From the IMG/VR virus record IMGVR_UViG_3300045988_112441: a stretch of DNA of 64,000 nucleotides; one strand, 5' to 3'. The first letter of the stretch is position 1, and every line of letters begins with the position of its first letter. The DNA is from a virus. Shown here piece by piece: positions 1 through 9,709 of the stretch. The notes under the pieces were generated by a model. It saw only the letters and a list, made by a program, of their open reading frames with translations. It ran no database searches and was not told the origin of the DNA. A program made the translations under genes and the position numbers.

Positions 1-78
1 GGTAAGACCTCCTGCTTATCTGTGTGAGTTTCAAAATTAGGTATATTATACCTTACTTCCTACTTTTTTTCAAGATGG

Positions 79-221
79 TCTATGCAAATCTCTATAAGTC
101 TATATTTATCGATATTGCGACATTATTTCGAAGTCGTTTTTGCCATTCCAAAATGGACTCTATGCAAATCTCTGTAAGTCTATATATCTTTTGAAGATTT
201 GGTGTCAAAATTGGTGTCAAA
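79..221. repeat. Direct repeats next to the integrase 3' end: two ~27-bp copies (79-105 and 159-185, TCTATGCAAATCTCT[A/G]TAAGTCTATAT) plus tandem TTGGTGTCAAA x2 (199-221)
   Basis: Read directly from the sequence. The position next to int suggests att-arm or recombination-directionality-factor binding sites. Confidence 0.5.
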
Positions 222-224
222 TAA

Positions 225-1391
225 TTAGGAAACAATCCTATTAAACTGTTTGATTGCCTCTGCTTCGGTCTCTTCTTTTAAGATATGAGTATACACTTTC
301 AAGGTTATATCGGGCGACGAATGTCCCATGAGGTATTGAACCGATTTAACATCCATCTTGGCTTTGACAAGCCGTGTACAATATTCGTGGCGCATACTAT
401 GGGCAGTGACTTCAGGCAATGGTTCATCATGGCAACTATTATAGGCTTTGATTAGTCCTTCAAAAATTCTAACAAGGTTTTTATTCGTATAGGGCCTTCC
501 AGTTTTTGCTATAAACAAGAAGTCGGCCTGCCCATCTATTATTCTCTCTGCTTTTACAATCGGACGTTGTTTTATCGCTTCTTCAAAAGCAATGATGGCG
601 TCTTTAGATAATGGGATAGTCCTTATCCCACTTTCTGTTTTTGTAGGTGCTAAATACAGCCCGCCGCTCTTTCCATCGTACACCATCTGATGAGATATAG
701 TAACAGTGTTGTTATCAAAATCAAATGACTTTTTTGTTAGCCCGCATAATTCTCCTGCTCGAAGTCCTGTCTCGTGCAAAAGCATCACCATGCCAACATG
801 CCTTTTATATACTCGACTAGATTTCATGAACTTGATCAGATTTTGATACTGCTCTTCTGTTAATATTTCTTTTTCTTTTGAGTCACATTTGACAACTGTA
901 TTTAATTTAAAAACGAATGGATTTCTAGGAATTATATTCTCATCAAACATTTCTTGAAATGCCGGTCTAGCTAAAGACATGACATCTCTGATTGTTGTAT
1001 AACAATATCCTTCGTTATCCAATTCTCGTGCAAATTGTTTTACATCGCGCACTAAAATATCAGTTGCATTCATTTCCCCAATTAGGTGATTCTGAAAGAT
1101 TTTCAAATTCTGCGATTTTGTTTTATAGCTGCTTGGCCTAATAGTAAGTTTTGTTTCTTCGAGATGTCTTTTTGCTAATTGGTATACTGTGATTTTTGAA
1201 GTAGACGTTGTACTCCAATTAAGTTTTTCTTGGATTTCAGCTTCTTTTTCTCTCAATTCTTTAAGTGAAGTGGCGTATATTATTGAGCGTTTTCCAAGTT
1301 TGTTTGTCCATCTATATTGGTATCTCCCATCCTTTCTCTGGCTCTCGCCGTCTTTTAAAACTTTGCCATTATTATCTTTACGTCTTATCAT
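225..1391 (-). CDS. int: Tyrosine site-specific integrase
   Basis: 388 aa. C-terminal tyrosine-recombinase R..H-x-x-R..Y motif (HSMRHEYCTRLV...LMGHSS...ITLKVYTHI). Confidence 0.85.
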   Translation of the reverse strand: MIRRKDNNGKVLKDGESQRKDGRYQYRWTNKLGKRSIIYATSLKELREKEAEIQEKLNWSTTSTSKITVYQLAKRHLEETKLTIRPSSYKTKSQNLKIFQNHLIGEMNATDILVRDVKQFARELDNEGYCYTTIRDVMSLARPAFQEMFDENIIPRNPFVFKLNTVVKCDSKEKEILTEEQYQNLIKFMKSSRVYKRHVGMVMLLHETGLRAGELCGLTKKSFDFDNNTVTISHQMVYDGKSGGLYLAPTKTESGIRTIPLSKDAIIAFEEAIKQRPIVKAERIIDGQADFLFIAKTGRPYTNKNLVRIFEGLIKAYNSCHDEPLPEVTAHSMRHEYCTRLVKAKMDVKSVQYLMGHSSPDITLKVYTHILKEETEAEAIKQFNRIVS

Positions 1392-1464
1392 GATGCAGAA
1401 CTCCTTACGTTATATAAGAAGCTCTGGTGTGACACCATGAGTATACCACATCAGAGCCTATATT

Positions 1465-1659
1465 TCAAACAGAATACGTTTGATCTATATATTTTTCGAG
1501 AGCTTTACGTTTGATAAGACGTTTATTCCCCACCCAAAGTACCAATGGACAGTTTTCATCATCAGTAATCGCTCTTAGTCGGCAGACCCCAATCCCCGTG
1601 TAAGCAGCCGCTTCATCTAACGTCAGAGTCGTCTTTTCCCAAATTGGGACTTCTTTCAT
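1465..1659 (-). CDS. Excisionase-like HTH DNA-binding protein
   Basis: 64 aa. LTLDEAAAYTGIGVCRLR...NKRLIKRKALEKYI resembles the Xis/MerR-type HTH. Sits immediately upstream of int. Confidence 0.5.
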   Translation of the reverse strand: MKEVPIWEKTTLTLDEAAAYTGIGVCRLRAITDDENCPLVLWVGNKRLIKRKALEKYIDQTYSV

Positions 1660-2483
1660 TCAATCACCCTCTCCATCTTCTCTTCCCCATACCTTGCCAC
1701 ACATACATTGTAAAGTAGCATGGCACGTGTCATAAGGCCAACTCCGCCGATACGAGGGGTCACTTTGATGTCTTCCATCTCATAAATATCATCGGCACAG
1801 TCGCCGTGTTGCTTTCCGTTCTCGTCATAGTTGATGCCAACATCGATGCAGACTTCAACCCGATCAAGACCAAACGGTGTGATAAAGTTGCGCTTGCCCA
1901 CAGCAGAGATGACCACATCGACCATTTCAAATCCAAGAGTAGTGGCCTTCATGCGGGAACCCGTGCTATTCACAGAGATCACATTACAGTGCCGTTTAAT
2001 CAGCATATCAACCAGCGGACGACCAACAATATCAGATTGACCGCATACGAGTACATTCTTGCCATCCAGATCGTAACCGATGGAGTCAAAAATCTTCATA
2101 ACGCCCAGCGGAGTGCAGGGCTGAAATTTAGATGTAGAATTAAAGCCATCAACGTCAAGTTCATCTGGAATACAAATATTTTTAGGGTCGATATGTTTTG
2201 GCAACGGAAGCTGAACAATGATACCGTCCACATATTCCCAATTATAATCTTCTAAGATCTTGTTGTTCAATTCATCTTCGGTAATATTTTCTGGCAGTTT
2301 GACAAGCTCCACTCCGATTCCAACCTCTTCACAGTCACGCAGCTTGCCGCGAATATAAGCATTGGATGCAGGGTTGTCCCCTACTTGATAAATATGTAAA
2401 ATAGGAGCATAGTCATCTTCTGCGATGACATTCTTGATTTTATTTTTGATATCCTGTGCGATAGATTTGCAGTCAATAATCAT
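1656..2483 (-). CDS. folD: Bifunctional methylene-THF dehydrogenase/cyclohydrolase FolD
   Basis: 275 aa. FolD-like: YQVGDNPASNAYIRGKLRDCEEVGI, CTPLGVMKI, GQSDIVGRPL. Confidence 0.85.
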   Translation of the reverse strand: MIIDCKSIAQDIKNKIKNVIAEDDYAPILHIYQVGDNPASNAYIRGKLRDCEEVGIGVELVKLPENITEDELNNKILEDYNWEYVDGIIVQLPLPKHIDPKNICIPDELDVDGFNSTSKFQPCTPLGVMKIFDSIGYDLDGKNVLVCGQSDIVGRPLVDMLIKRHCNVISVNSTGSRMKATTLGFEMVDVVISAVGKRNFITPFGLDRVEVCIDVGINYDENGKQHGDCADDIYEMEDIKVTPRIGGVGLMTRAMLLYNVCVARYGEEKMERVIE

Positions 2484-2495
2484 TGTGAGTCTCCT

Positions 2496-2906
2496 TTATA
2501 AGAATGTCTGAAATAGTTTCCTAAGCTTTGCGCTGAGAGCGTTATTTTCAAGATATGACGAAGAATTCAATCTGAACTTTCTGTACGGAACGTTTTCAGA
2601 TGATAGATAAACATCATAATTGATGTCGTCTATTGTGAAGGACTCATTAGTGACAACTTTGGCGGTCGGTAAAAGACATTCAAGCAATGAAATATCATAA
2701 TTGAAATCCTGACAAAGAGATTTACCAAAATCATCAATATCTGGAATCTTCTCATTATCGATATAGTCCCAAATATATTTTATTCCAGTTAGACCATCTT
2801 TCATGAGGCTATCCGTTTTTACCATTTTGTGTAGGTCTGTATCAATCAAAATAAATCTACTATAGAATCCAGAAAATCCTCCATTAGACTGTAAAAGCAG
2901 CTTCAT
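2496..2906 (-). CDS. Hypothetical protein
   Basis: ORF track; co-directional packed array. Confidence 0.4.
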   Translation of the reverse strand: MKLLLQSNGGFSGFYSRFILIDTDLHKMVKTDSLMKDGLTGIKYIWDYIDNEKIPDIDDFGKSLCQDFNYDISLLECLLPTAKVVTNESFTIDDINYDVYLSSENVPYRKFRLNSSSYLENNALSAKLRKLFQTFL

Positions 2907-3148
2907 ATGTTTTCTCCTTTATACTCACTACTACTATACAGAATATTTCGTAGCTGATTGATAAAACCATCAACAACGCATTCACTGCAATCTAAATTAA
3001 CCGTACACATGCCACAGCTATCAGTATAATGGTGCAGTAGATCTTCGATTGATCTTTTATAATATTCTGTTTGGTCTTTATAAAACCCTAATTCTACCGT
3101 AAATTCGCCGCTTTTATTTAACGTATTACCGCTATTATTTTTACTCAT
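2903..3148 (-). CDS. Hypothetical Cys-rich protein
   Basis: 81 aa with CGMC...CSEC. Confidence 0.35.
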   Translation of the reverse strand: MSKNNSGNTLNKSGEFTVELGFYKDQTEYYKRSIEDLLHHYTDSCGMCTVNLDCSECVVDGFINQLRNILYSSSEYKGENI

Positions 3149-3156
3149 TTATTACC

Positions 3157-3615
3157 TCAAATAAGATGAAGAAGCCATTGTTTGCTCCAATCGATATTTT
3201 TCATGTTCACCCAGCATTTCACGTCGCCATCTTTGAATAAATATTTCTGATTGAACTTTCTTAATGTAAAATGTGGCTCGCAGTCCGGCCATGAAAATTT
3301 GCCGGGACATCTCCACACAAGATATAAATCACCCGGAATTAGGTTTGACTTATCTGTTGTCATACAGCTCAACAAAAGTGTTTTAACGAATGGATTGTAT
3401 ATATCGACATAGGCTACTACGTTTAAACATGGGCGCATGACGTTATTTAGATAGGGATGAATGAAGTTTTTTGAGATTCTAAATCCAGGCTTAAACCCAT
3501 CTATATCAATCCAATATGCGATTTTCCATCTTGGAGTCCAATCTCCGTAATCTATTATCGTAAGGTATGGTCGGTAGTTCACAAAACAAATTTTACCATC
3601 CAAGTTCAACACCAC
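3157..3615 (-). CDS. Hypothetical Trp-rich protein
   Basis: ORF track. Confidence 0.4.
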   Translation of the reverse strand: MVLNLDGKICFVNYRPYLTIIDYGDWTPRWKIAYWIDIDGFKPGFRISKNFIHPYLNNVMRPCLNVVAYVDIYNPFVKTLLLSCMTTDKSNLIPGDLYLVWRCPGKFSWPDCEPHFTLRKFNQKYLFKDGDVKCWVNMKNIDWSKQWLLHLI

Positions 3616-4084
3616 TTTCGTTTACAATATAGATGCCGTTGTCTTTCAAATACTCAATAAACTCTTCATGTGGTAATTTATGGGCGAGCTCACAAATAGT
3701 GTAGTTACTTCTACCTTTTACCCACTTTGTTTCTTTTCTCAAGTTAGACCACTGATGTACACGAAATTCCTTACAACGCCATTTTAAATGAAAGGCATCT
3801 GCACACAAATCACAAATTGGTATTTCTACATAAAAGTCACCCGGATAGCGTTTTCTTCGCCACCACTCCATATCATAGAATACAATACCATAGAGTTCAG
3901 GATAATCTTCAAATCCATGTTCTCTAAGGTAAGCAAAACCCAATCCATTGATGGTCCATTCTGCCGGCCTTGGGACTGTATATCGAAGCTGCGATTCTGT
4001 ATGTGAGATACAGGCGTTGTTATATTTACCGTCGATGCCCATAATGTACCAGTCGGATCTATAATAGCCTATTTGTTTAGTCAC
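3593..4084 (-). CDS. Hypothetical protein
   Basis: ORF track. Confidence 0.4.
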   Translation of the reverse strand: MTKQIGYYRSDWYIMGIDGKYNNACISHTESQLRYTVPRPAEWTINGLGFAYLREHGFEDYPELYGIVFYDMEWWRRKRYPGDFYVEIPICDLCADAFHLKWRCKEFRVHQWSNLRKETKWVKGRSNYTICELAHKLPHEEFIEYLKDNGIYIVNESGVELGW

Positions 4085-4538
4085 AACTAATCACCTCCCC
4101 CGTATCATCACCCAACGGCCACGTGCATCCATAAAATGTTCCCAAATTTTCGATTTTAAAATAGTACCATTTTTTCGTCACGTAGTCATAAATACTGTAG
4201 CAAGTGCAGCGGCCATCCGGCCAATGGTTCTTTTTAATAGCATCAATATCAAGTTCTAAAAATCGTTTGATTTCGGATAATTTATATGAAGTAAAAATAT
4301 AATCCCATGGGCCACGCCAATGGATAAACCACATGTGCTCTACGGAGTTCGGCCATTCTACAGAAAATCGTTCGACTGGTTTACTTCTGCCAAAATTCTT
4401 ATATTGAAGAAAATAGTTGCTGATACCGTGTACACCAGTCCAATAATGGTCTTTAGTGCAGATGAAATGAGAATAGCTTTCCCATTCTGGATTTTGTATT
4501 TCCCAGTGATTCTTTTCGATTGAAAATCTATTGTCCAT
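4077..4538 (-). CDS. Hypothetical protein
   Basis: ORF track. Confidence 0.4.
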   Translation of the reverse strand: MDNRFSIEKNHWEIQNPEWESYSHFICTKDHYWTGVHGISNYFLQYKNFGRSKPVERFSVEWPNSVEHMWFIHWRGPWDYIFTSYKLSEIKRFLELDIDAIKKNHWPDGRCTCYSIYDYVTKKWYYFKIENLGTFYGCTWPLGDDTGEVISCD

Positions 4539-4602
4539 TCAATCTACCTCATAAAAGTCTAGTTTTACCGTATTTTTCGCTAATTTTTATAGCGATGATA
4601 CG

Positions 4603-5106
4603 TTATTTATTTACCATTCGTAACCGTTTCTCCATAAAGTCGTCCCATTTCATACCGAGAGGACTACCGTCAACATCCACACAGTTGCCATAATCATCAC
4701 GATAAACGGCAGGTTCTGTCGGCTTACCATAAAATGGAATAGATTCTTTTGGGACAATTTGAATTTCTTTGTTAGGATCATAATTAAAATCGTGAGTTCC
4801 ATCGCAAGCCACGATGTCCCCATCTGGCATTATATAAACCGGCTTGAAAAATTTCTTATTTAGATTATCAGATGTATCGAATGTGACACCAGTGATTTCC
4901 CACTCGTCATACCAATGTTTGCTCATTTTTCCACCACATATAAATATCTTCATTTCGGATTCGCAATCTAGTTTCTTTTTCAAAGAAGCATTCATTTGTA
5001 CTATCCCAAATTGCCATGACACAAATATTATCATTCCCGTATGGTTCATACCCATAATATTCGTGAAATTGAAGTAGTAGCCGAAATGTTTTGTTGTTCT
5101 GTCCAT
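4603..5106 (-). CDS. Hypothetical protein
   Basis: ORF track. Overlaps ORF 4907..5143 in another frame; the two may be one frameshifted gene. Confidence 0.35.
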   Translation of the reverse strand: MDRTTKHFGYYFNFTNIMGMNHTGMIIFVSWQFGIVQMNASLKKKLDCESEMKIFICGGKMSKHWYDEWEITGVTFDTSDNLNKKFFKPVYIMPDGDIVACDGTHDFNYDPNKEIQIVPKESIPFYGKPTEPAVYRDDYGNCVDVDGSPLGMKWDDFMEKRLRMVNK

Positions 5107-5166
5107 AAGCAGGGATTGGTTCGTCTTCAGTTTTTATCCACATCGAATTCTCCTAAAACATACATT

Positions 5167-5382
5167 TTAATTCCCAAAGATTTCGCTTCTTAAAATAGGA
5201 CGATCATAACTTCTTACCCAGTGTTCACACTCCGGGCATTTAATTTCATAGTACGGGTCAAGACTTCGTGCCATCAACATATCTTCACTATTATCAGACC
5301 AAAACTCACACCCGCAATCACATACAAAATGATACGCCAGCTTTACCGGTTCCTTTCTGTGTTCAATAATTTTGATTGCCAT
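5167..5382 (-). CDS. Small zinc-ribbon protein
   Basis: CDCGCEF...CPECEH. Confidence 0.4.
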   Translation of the reverse strand: MAIKIIEHRKEPVKLAYHFVCDCGCEFWSDNSEDMLMARSLDPYYEIKCPECEHWVRSYDRPILRSEIFGN

Positions 5383-5666
5383 TATTCTTCTCCTTCGCTC
5401 AAACTCTTTAAGACTTTCTGAATCCTATAGTATCTACCTAGCGGTGTTTCAAAAATAGACCTCAGCCATTCAAAGAAGGTCTGCTTGCCAAATACTTCAT
5501 TATAATCTGCAATATCAATTTGCTTTGCGGTTTCACCACATTCAGGACAAGTGTATCGCAACTCAAAATTGGCAGCTGTAGCATAATAGTCCTTATAGAT
5601 TGAGTCGAAATGTGTCGTCAGCATAAAAATCACAATGACAATGAGGACACTTGAATTCAACTGCAA
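5382..5666 (-). CDS. Small zinc-ribbon protein
   Basis: CPECGETAKQ; the true start may be an internal Met. Confidence 0.35.
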   Translation of the reverse strand: MQLNSSVLIVIVIFMLTTHFDSIYKDYYATAANFELRYTCPECGETAKQIDIADYNEVFGKQTFFEWLRSIFETPLGRYYRIQKVLKSLSEGEE

Positions 5667-5715
5667 ATTTTTGAGGTTCTTGCTCGTGGCCGCGCTTTAC
5701 AATTTTAGTTGCCAT
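5593..5715 (-). CDS. Small zinc-ribbon protein (trimmed to an internal Met)
   Basis: CPHCHCDF. A GGAGGTG RBS sits before the internal ATG, and the trimmed start removes the overlap with the upstream ORF. Confidence 0.3.
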   Translation of the reverse strand: MATKIVKRGHEQEPQKFAVEFKCPHCHCDFYADDTFRLNL

Positions 5716-5935
5716 CAGGCACCTCCACGGTAAAAATATTTTTGTTTGCTTCTTTCCAAGAAATAAACTCAGTCCCGGCAACTTCTGCTCTACATCTATA
5801 GCATCCAATCACATTATTCTCAGGAATATCCAAGTCAGGATTTTCAAAAGAAGCTACTCTAATCTTAGTTGTACAACCGCAGTTCTTACAAGGGAATACA
5901 ATTACTGGATTTTTCAAGCTGTCAGTTTTATGCAT
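5705..5935 (-). CDS. Small zinc-ribbon protein
   Basis: CKNCGC...CYRCRAE. Confidence 0.4.
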   Translation of the reverse strand: MHKTDSLKNPVIVFPCKNCGCTTKIRVASFENPDLDIPENNVIGCYRCRAEVAGTEFISWKEANKNIFTVEVPDGN

Positions 5936-5944
5936 ACTAATACC

Positions 5945-6157
5945 TCAATCTACAAACACAAATGGGGCACTAAAAAAGTTCTCCCCAACAATCATATTTT
6001 CTTCAGATAAAGAAACCTTGATAACTTCATCGTCAGTATGCGTTTCATCATATTCTGCTGTATCGCAGAGCTTGTTAAACTCTCCGTCATTCTTAACGAA
6101 CAGTGTTCCCTTCCCAAGCTCAATTGGTTTCTTTTCTTCTCGAATATGTGCTTTCAT
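5945..6157 (-). CDS. Hypothetical protein
   Basis: ORF track. Confidence 0.35.
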   Translation of the reverse strand: MKAHIREEKKPIELGKGTLFVKNDGEFNKLCDTAEYDETHTDDEVIKVSLSEENMIVGENFFSAPFVFVD

Positions 6158-6891
6158 GCCGCCTCGATTCTTTCTTTAGCAATCTTAAAATATTTTTGGT
6201 CAAGTTCTATACCAATGTAATTTCGTTCAAGATTTTTAGCAGCAATACCGCTTCCTCCAACTCCCATGCAGTTATCAAGAATGGTTTCACCCTTATTTGT
6301 GTAAGTGTTGATAAGCCACTCCATTAAAGCCACCGGTTTCTCGGTTGGATGGAGCATAACGGAGCTGTGTGCTCTTTGGAATGTCACCAGCGATTTCGGA
6401 TACTTCTTCGTATCTCCTACTCTCATTGCGGAGGCTTGATTTGTAGAATCGAAATTCCCATAATTGTTATTTTTACGGTTGCCTTCTTTATACTTGGTTC
6501 CCATACCATGAAGTGGCTCGCCTTCAGTGAATTGAGGATTATATGTAGGAAGCTTTCTATAAAAGACTACGATTTCTTCTGTACTACGAAGCGGCATTCT
6601 CTTTGCATTCAAGAACCCAGAAGAAAGAACTTTGTCCCAAACAAGATTATATCGCCACATCTTACGATTGCTTTCCATAAGATCGGCCATAAACATGCCA
6701 TCAGCGAATAGACAGATTGCACCATTATCCTTAATGATTCGGTTGTATTGTTCCCACAGCTTATCGAAAGGAATCACAGAATCCCATTTATTATGAGTGA
6801 CACCATAGGGCAAGTCACAAAGAATCATATCGATAGATTTATCTGTGATTTGTGGCATAATTTTCAAACAATCATCATTATAAAGTTCCAT
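6154..6891 (-). CDS. Orphan DNA methyltransferase (N6-adenine/N4-cytosine, beta class)
   Basis: 245 aa. An N-terminal DLPY (DPPY) motif and HPTEKP. No restriction-endonuclease partner nearby. Confidence 0.8.
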   Translation of the reverse strand: MELYNDDCLKIMPQITDKSIDMILCDLPYGVTHNKWDSVIPFDKLWEQYNRIIKDNGAICLFADGMFMADLMESNRKMWRYNLVWDKVLSSGFLNAKRMPLRSTEEIVVFYRKLPTYNPQFTEGEPLHGMGTKYKEGNRKNNNYGNFDSTNQASAMRVGDTKKYPKSLVTFQRAHSSVMLHPTEKPVALMEWLINTYTNKGETILDNCMGVGGSGIAAKNLERNYIGIELDQKYFKIAKERIEAA

Positions 6892-6938
6892 TCATTCACA
6901 TCCTCTTATTCCTCCCACCCACCCATAAAATTTACCTT

Positions 6939-7262
6939 TTACCGGAATGAATATTTCGTTCTAATCGAAGGTGTTTCTACACTTTTTGCAGGATTCTCCA
7001 GCGTTGCAGCCGATGCGATAATTTCACCGATGCTCTTCTGGAATTCCTGCAATTTCTTCAATTCGCTTTTAATATCAACTTTCACTTCGACATTTTCAAT
7101 AAACCCAATGTCCTCAAGACATTTACAGTAACCGGCAATCTCGTTATAGAAGATGTGGTCGTACTCTTCCAAAAGCGTGTGCTCGTCAAACAGCTTTACT
7201 TGCCATGCAATTCCAAATGGAGCTTCTTTCTCGTAATGAGATTCGATAATATAATACTTCAT
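6939..7262 (-). CDS. Hypothetical protein
   Basis: ORF track. Confidence 0.4.
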   Translation of the reverse strand: MKYYIIESHYEKEAPFGIAWQVKLFDEHTLLEEYDHIFYNEIAGYCKCLEDIGFIENVEVKVDIKSELKKLQEFQKSIGEIIASAATLENPAKSVETPSIRTKYSFR

Positions 7263-7328
7263 TATATATTCTCCTTACTTGATGCTGTCCTTAGCTTTAA
7301 CCCTCTTTAAAACATCAGCTTTATTCTC

Positions 7329-7862
7329 TTACTGTTTTCCGGTACTTCCAAAACCACCGGCTCCGCGCTCAGTTTCGTCCAATTCGGAAACTTCTTTAAA
7401 ATCAGCCTGCCAAAATGGAACAACTGCCATCTGAGCAATGCGATCACCATGAGTAATCATCTGCGGGATATTGGAGTGGTTATGTAGCGCAACGATATAC
7501 TCTCCACGGTAATCTTGATCGCACACGCCAATTTTGTTCGCAGGAGCAAGTCCAAGCTTAGTTGCCATACCGCTGCGAGCATAGATAGCGACATACCAAC
7601 CTTCCGGCGGAGCCATTCGCAGACCAGTATGAACCTTAACGGTTTCACCCGGCTGAATCATGATGCAGCGGTCACCATTCTTGTTTACCATCGTTGCATC
7701 ATCAAACCCGATATAAGCATACAGGTCTGCACAAGCAGCGTTTTTTGAGCCATAAGTCGGCAGATGAGCATCTTCGTGCAGTTTATTGATTTTAATGTTG
7801 GGGCGATACGGCATCCGACTCATGCCATAGCCAAGATTAGTAGTTGTGTTTCCTAAATCCAT
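7329..7862 (-). CDS. dut: dUTP diphosphatase
   Basis: dUTPase motifs: ARSGMA, GVCDQDYRGE, RGAGGFGSTG. Start trimmed to the Met just after the nrdG stop. Confidence 0.85.
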   Translation of the reverse strand: MDLGNTTTNLGYGMSRMPYRPNIKINKLHEDAHLPTYGSKNAACADLYAYIGFDDATMVNKNGDRCIMIQPGETVKVHTGLRMAPPEGWYVAIYARSGMATKLGLAPANKIGVCDQDYRGEYIVALHNHSNIPQMITHGDRIAQMAVVPFWQADFKEVSELDETERGAGGFGSTGKQ

Positions 7863-7863
7863 A

Positions 7864-8409
7864 TTATTTTCCTTTCTCTTCTGGAGTCCACCAAAGGACT
7901 GGATTATCTTTTCCTGCGCTCCTCCAAATATCAATCACCCTCTGATTTGAGCTTCCCATATATGGAAGAGAAATATCTTTTTTCGCCTCAATAAAAGGAC
8001 CATCAACAAGAACTGTTGTGTATGAAAAAATGTTGACAAGAATGACGCTATCCCATGATTCCATCCATTCTTGTCGCAGTTCTTCATATGTGTACCCCGT
8101 CCATAACCAGATATCTTTTTTTCGCCCAAACTCTTTGTAAACACATTTGCAGATACGAAAGATTGTAGTTCTATTCTCCGGCAAGAGTGGATCTCCACCA
8201 GTGAGAGTCAGTCCCTGAATGTAATCAGGTCGAAGTAAATCTACAATTTTATCAAGCGTTTCATCTGTGAATGGCTGACCACCATTCGGGTCCCATGTGG
8301 TAGGATTTTGACAGCCGGGGCAGTGATGGTTACATCCCGCGCAGAACAACGTGACTCTTACGCCTGGCCCATTCGCAATATCACATGGAACAATTTTAGC
8401 GTAGTTCAT
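7864..8409 (-). CDS. nrdG: Anaerobic ribonucleotide reductase activating protein (radical SAM)
   Basis: CAGCNHHCPGC cluster, GGDPLL. Confidence 0.8.
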   Translation of the reverse strand: MNYAKIVPCDIANGPGVRVTLFCAGCNHHCPGCQNPTTWDPNGGQPFTDETLDKIVDLLRPDYIQGLTLTGGDPLLPENRTTIFRICKCVYKEFGRKKDIWLWTGYTYEELRQEWMESWDSVILVNIFSYTTVLVDGPFIEAKKDISLPYMGSSNQRVIDIWRSAGKDNPVLWWTPEEKGK

Positions 8410-8789
8410 TTAACGCCCTCCATTTTTGCCCCACAGTAGGGACAATACTTAAAAGGCTTGTATTTCTCAGAGCCGATACAAGGTGTCTCGCGCGGATAGA
8501 AAAAATCTTCGTAAAACTGTTCGTTGCAATTAGAACAATGATATACAGAGTCTTCTTCGTCATCGCACGGCCAGTGATCCCAGTGTGCAATAGCACGAAC
8601 TGTATTAGATTCTGCTTTCGGAAGCCCTAATAGGTCTTCGCGTTCTTCTGCTAGGAAATCGGAATAGTCATCTCGTTCGTCATAAAAGCGCATGTGCTTC
8701 AAGCCACTGTCAATTTCGTCTAGTAAAGGAGTGATATCCGCCCATTGAGCGTTTTCAGGAATATATTTCGCCATCTTGAACCACCTCAA
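8406..8789 (-). CDS. Hypothetical protein with a C-terminal zinc ribbon
   Basis: CSNCNE...CPYCG. Confidence 0.4.
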   Translation of the reverse strand: MRWFKMAKYIPENAQWADITPLLDEIDSGLKHMRFYDERDDYSDFLAEEREDLLGLPKAESNTVRAIAHWDHWPCDDEEDSVYHCSNCNEQFYEDFFYPRETPCIGSEKYKPFKYCPYCGAKMEGVK

Positions 8790-8974
8790 TGCTTAAACGT
8801 CTGTAATGCTGCAAACACGACAATGGCAACGTTCACAACTCCACAAAAGAACTTCTGTGCTCTTTCGTCATCAAAACTTGCCTTGGACACTTCAACGATA
8901 AGCTGCTCACATCGGATGCAACAGCCCATCATAATTAGAGTTGCTAAGACAGCAATCGTAAAATCAATCCACAT
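8786..8974 (-). CDS. Small hydrophobic membrane protein
   Basis: 62 aa, mostly hydrophobic. Confidence 0.35.
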   Translation of the reverse strand: MWIDFTIAVLATLIMMGCCIRCEQLIVEVSKASFDDERAQKFFCGVVNVAIVVFAALQTFKH

Positions 8975-9272
8975 CGATTAGCACCTCCTCGATAGGAATA
9001 ATCTGACCATCAACGTAGTAGCACATCTGACCGTGCTCATTATAATAAGGAGACATATAGCCGTAGCCTGCGTAGCCTGCACCTTTTCCGAACAAATAAT
9101 ACATGATGTGTGTATCCTTGTCGTACACCATAGGAGTGTCACCGATACGATAGAACCAGCCATTCGCTACAGTTACATTCCCTACCGAGTCTTTCATCCT
9201 TGTACTGCATCCAGTCAGTATAATCGCTGCTAGAAGTACGCATACGGCAGTATTTTTGAAAATTTTAAACAT
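8964..9272 (-). CDS. Putative lipoprotein
   Basis: Signal peptide plus lipobox (LLAAIILTGCS) from an internal Met, with a GAAAGGAAAGG RBS. Confidence 0.45.
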   Translation of the reverse strand: MFKIFKNTAVCVLLAAIILTGCSTRMKDSVGNVTVANGWFYRIGDTPMVYDKDTHIMYYLFGKGAGYAGYGYMSPYYNEHGQMCYYVDGQIIPIEEVLIDVD

Positions 9273-9379
9273 ACCTTTCCTTTCTGTTAAAAGCGGAATT
9301 CTATTAAAAATCGCCAAAAACTTATTGCGATAACACGTTGATTAAATTTAACTAAAATCAGGATTGTTTTCATCCCCTG

Positions 9380-9709
9380 TCACATGCATCGCCAATAATC
9401 AGGCTTGCCGATAACATCGCAATTTAAATCGTACCATTGAGTGTTCCAGCCCATAAAACCAATTTCTGATGGTCCATCATTACCGTATCTGATGTAGACA
9501 TTATCAGAACAAAGTTTATTATTTACCACTGGTTCTCTATCTTTTACTCGAATCCACCGTGGATCATAATCAACTTCCTTATAGGATGAAATCTCGATGC
9601 TATGATAACAATTGGAAAGTTCCATACGAACATCATCTTCAATGGACTTAATATTTTCTTTATCGATATCATCAACTAAAAGTTCAATGGTCACTTTCCT
9701 CACGTTCAT
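9380..9709 (-). CDS. Hypothetical protein
   Basis: ORF track. Confidence 0.4.
   Translation of the reverse strand: MNVRKVTIELLVDDIDKENIKSIEDDVRMELSNCYHSIEISSYKEVDYDPRWIRVKDREPVVNNKLCSDNVYIRYGNDGPSEIGFMGWNTQWYDLNCDVIGKPDYWRCM

Noticed and set aside
1806-2255. Plus-strand ORFs nested antisense inside folD, and similarly in other large genes: 16048..16671 in thyX, 34895..35761 in the AAA ATPase, 36646..37248 in the SSB-like gene, 38715..39398 in the C5 methyltransferase, 30482..31009 in RecJ, 31957..32496 in the primase, 43331..43834 in Pnkp
   Set aside because: Each overlaps a minus-strand gene with clear family motifs. Their own translations are low-complexity with no motifs. Typical antisense shadow ORFs.
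4907-5143. ORF overlapping 4603..5106 in another frame (similar pairs at 18192/18196, 18625/18647 and 48186/48523)
   Set aside because: Could be frameshifted halves of single genes, but there are no motifs to anchor a junction. Reported as single tentative genes instead.
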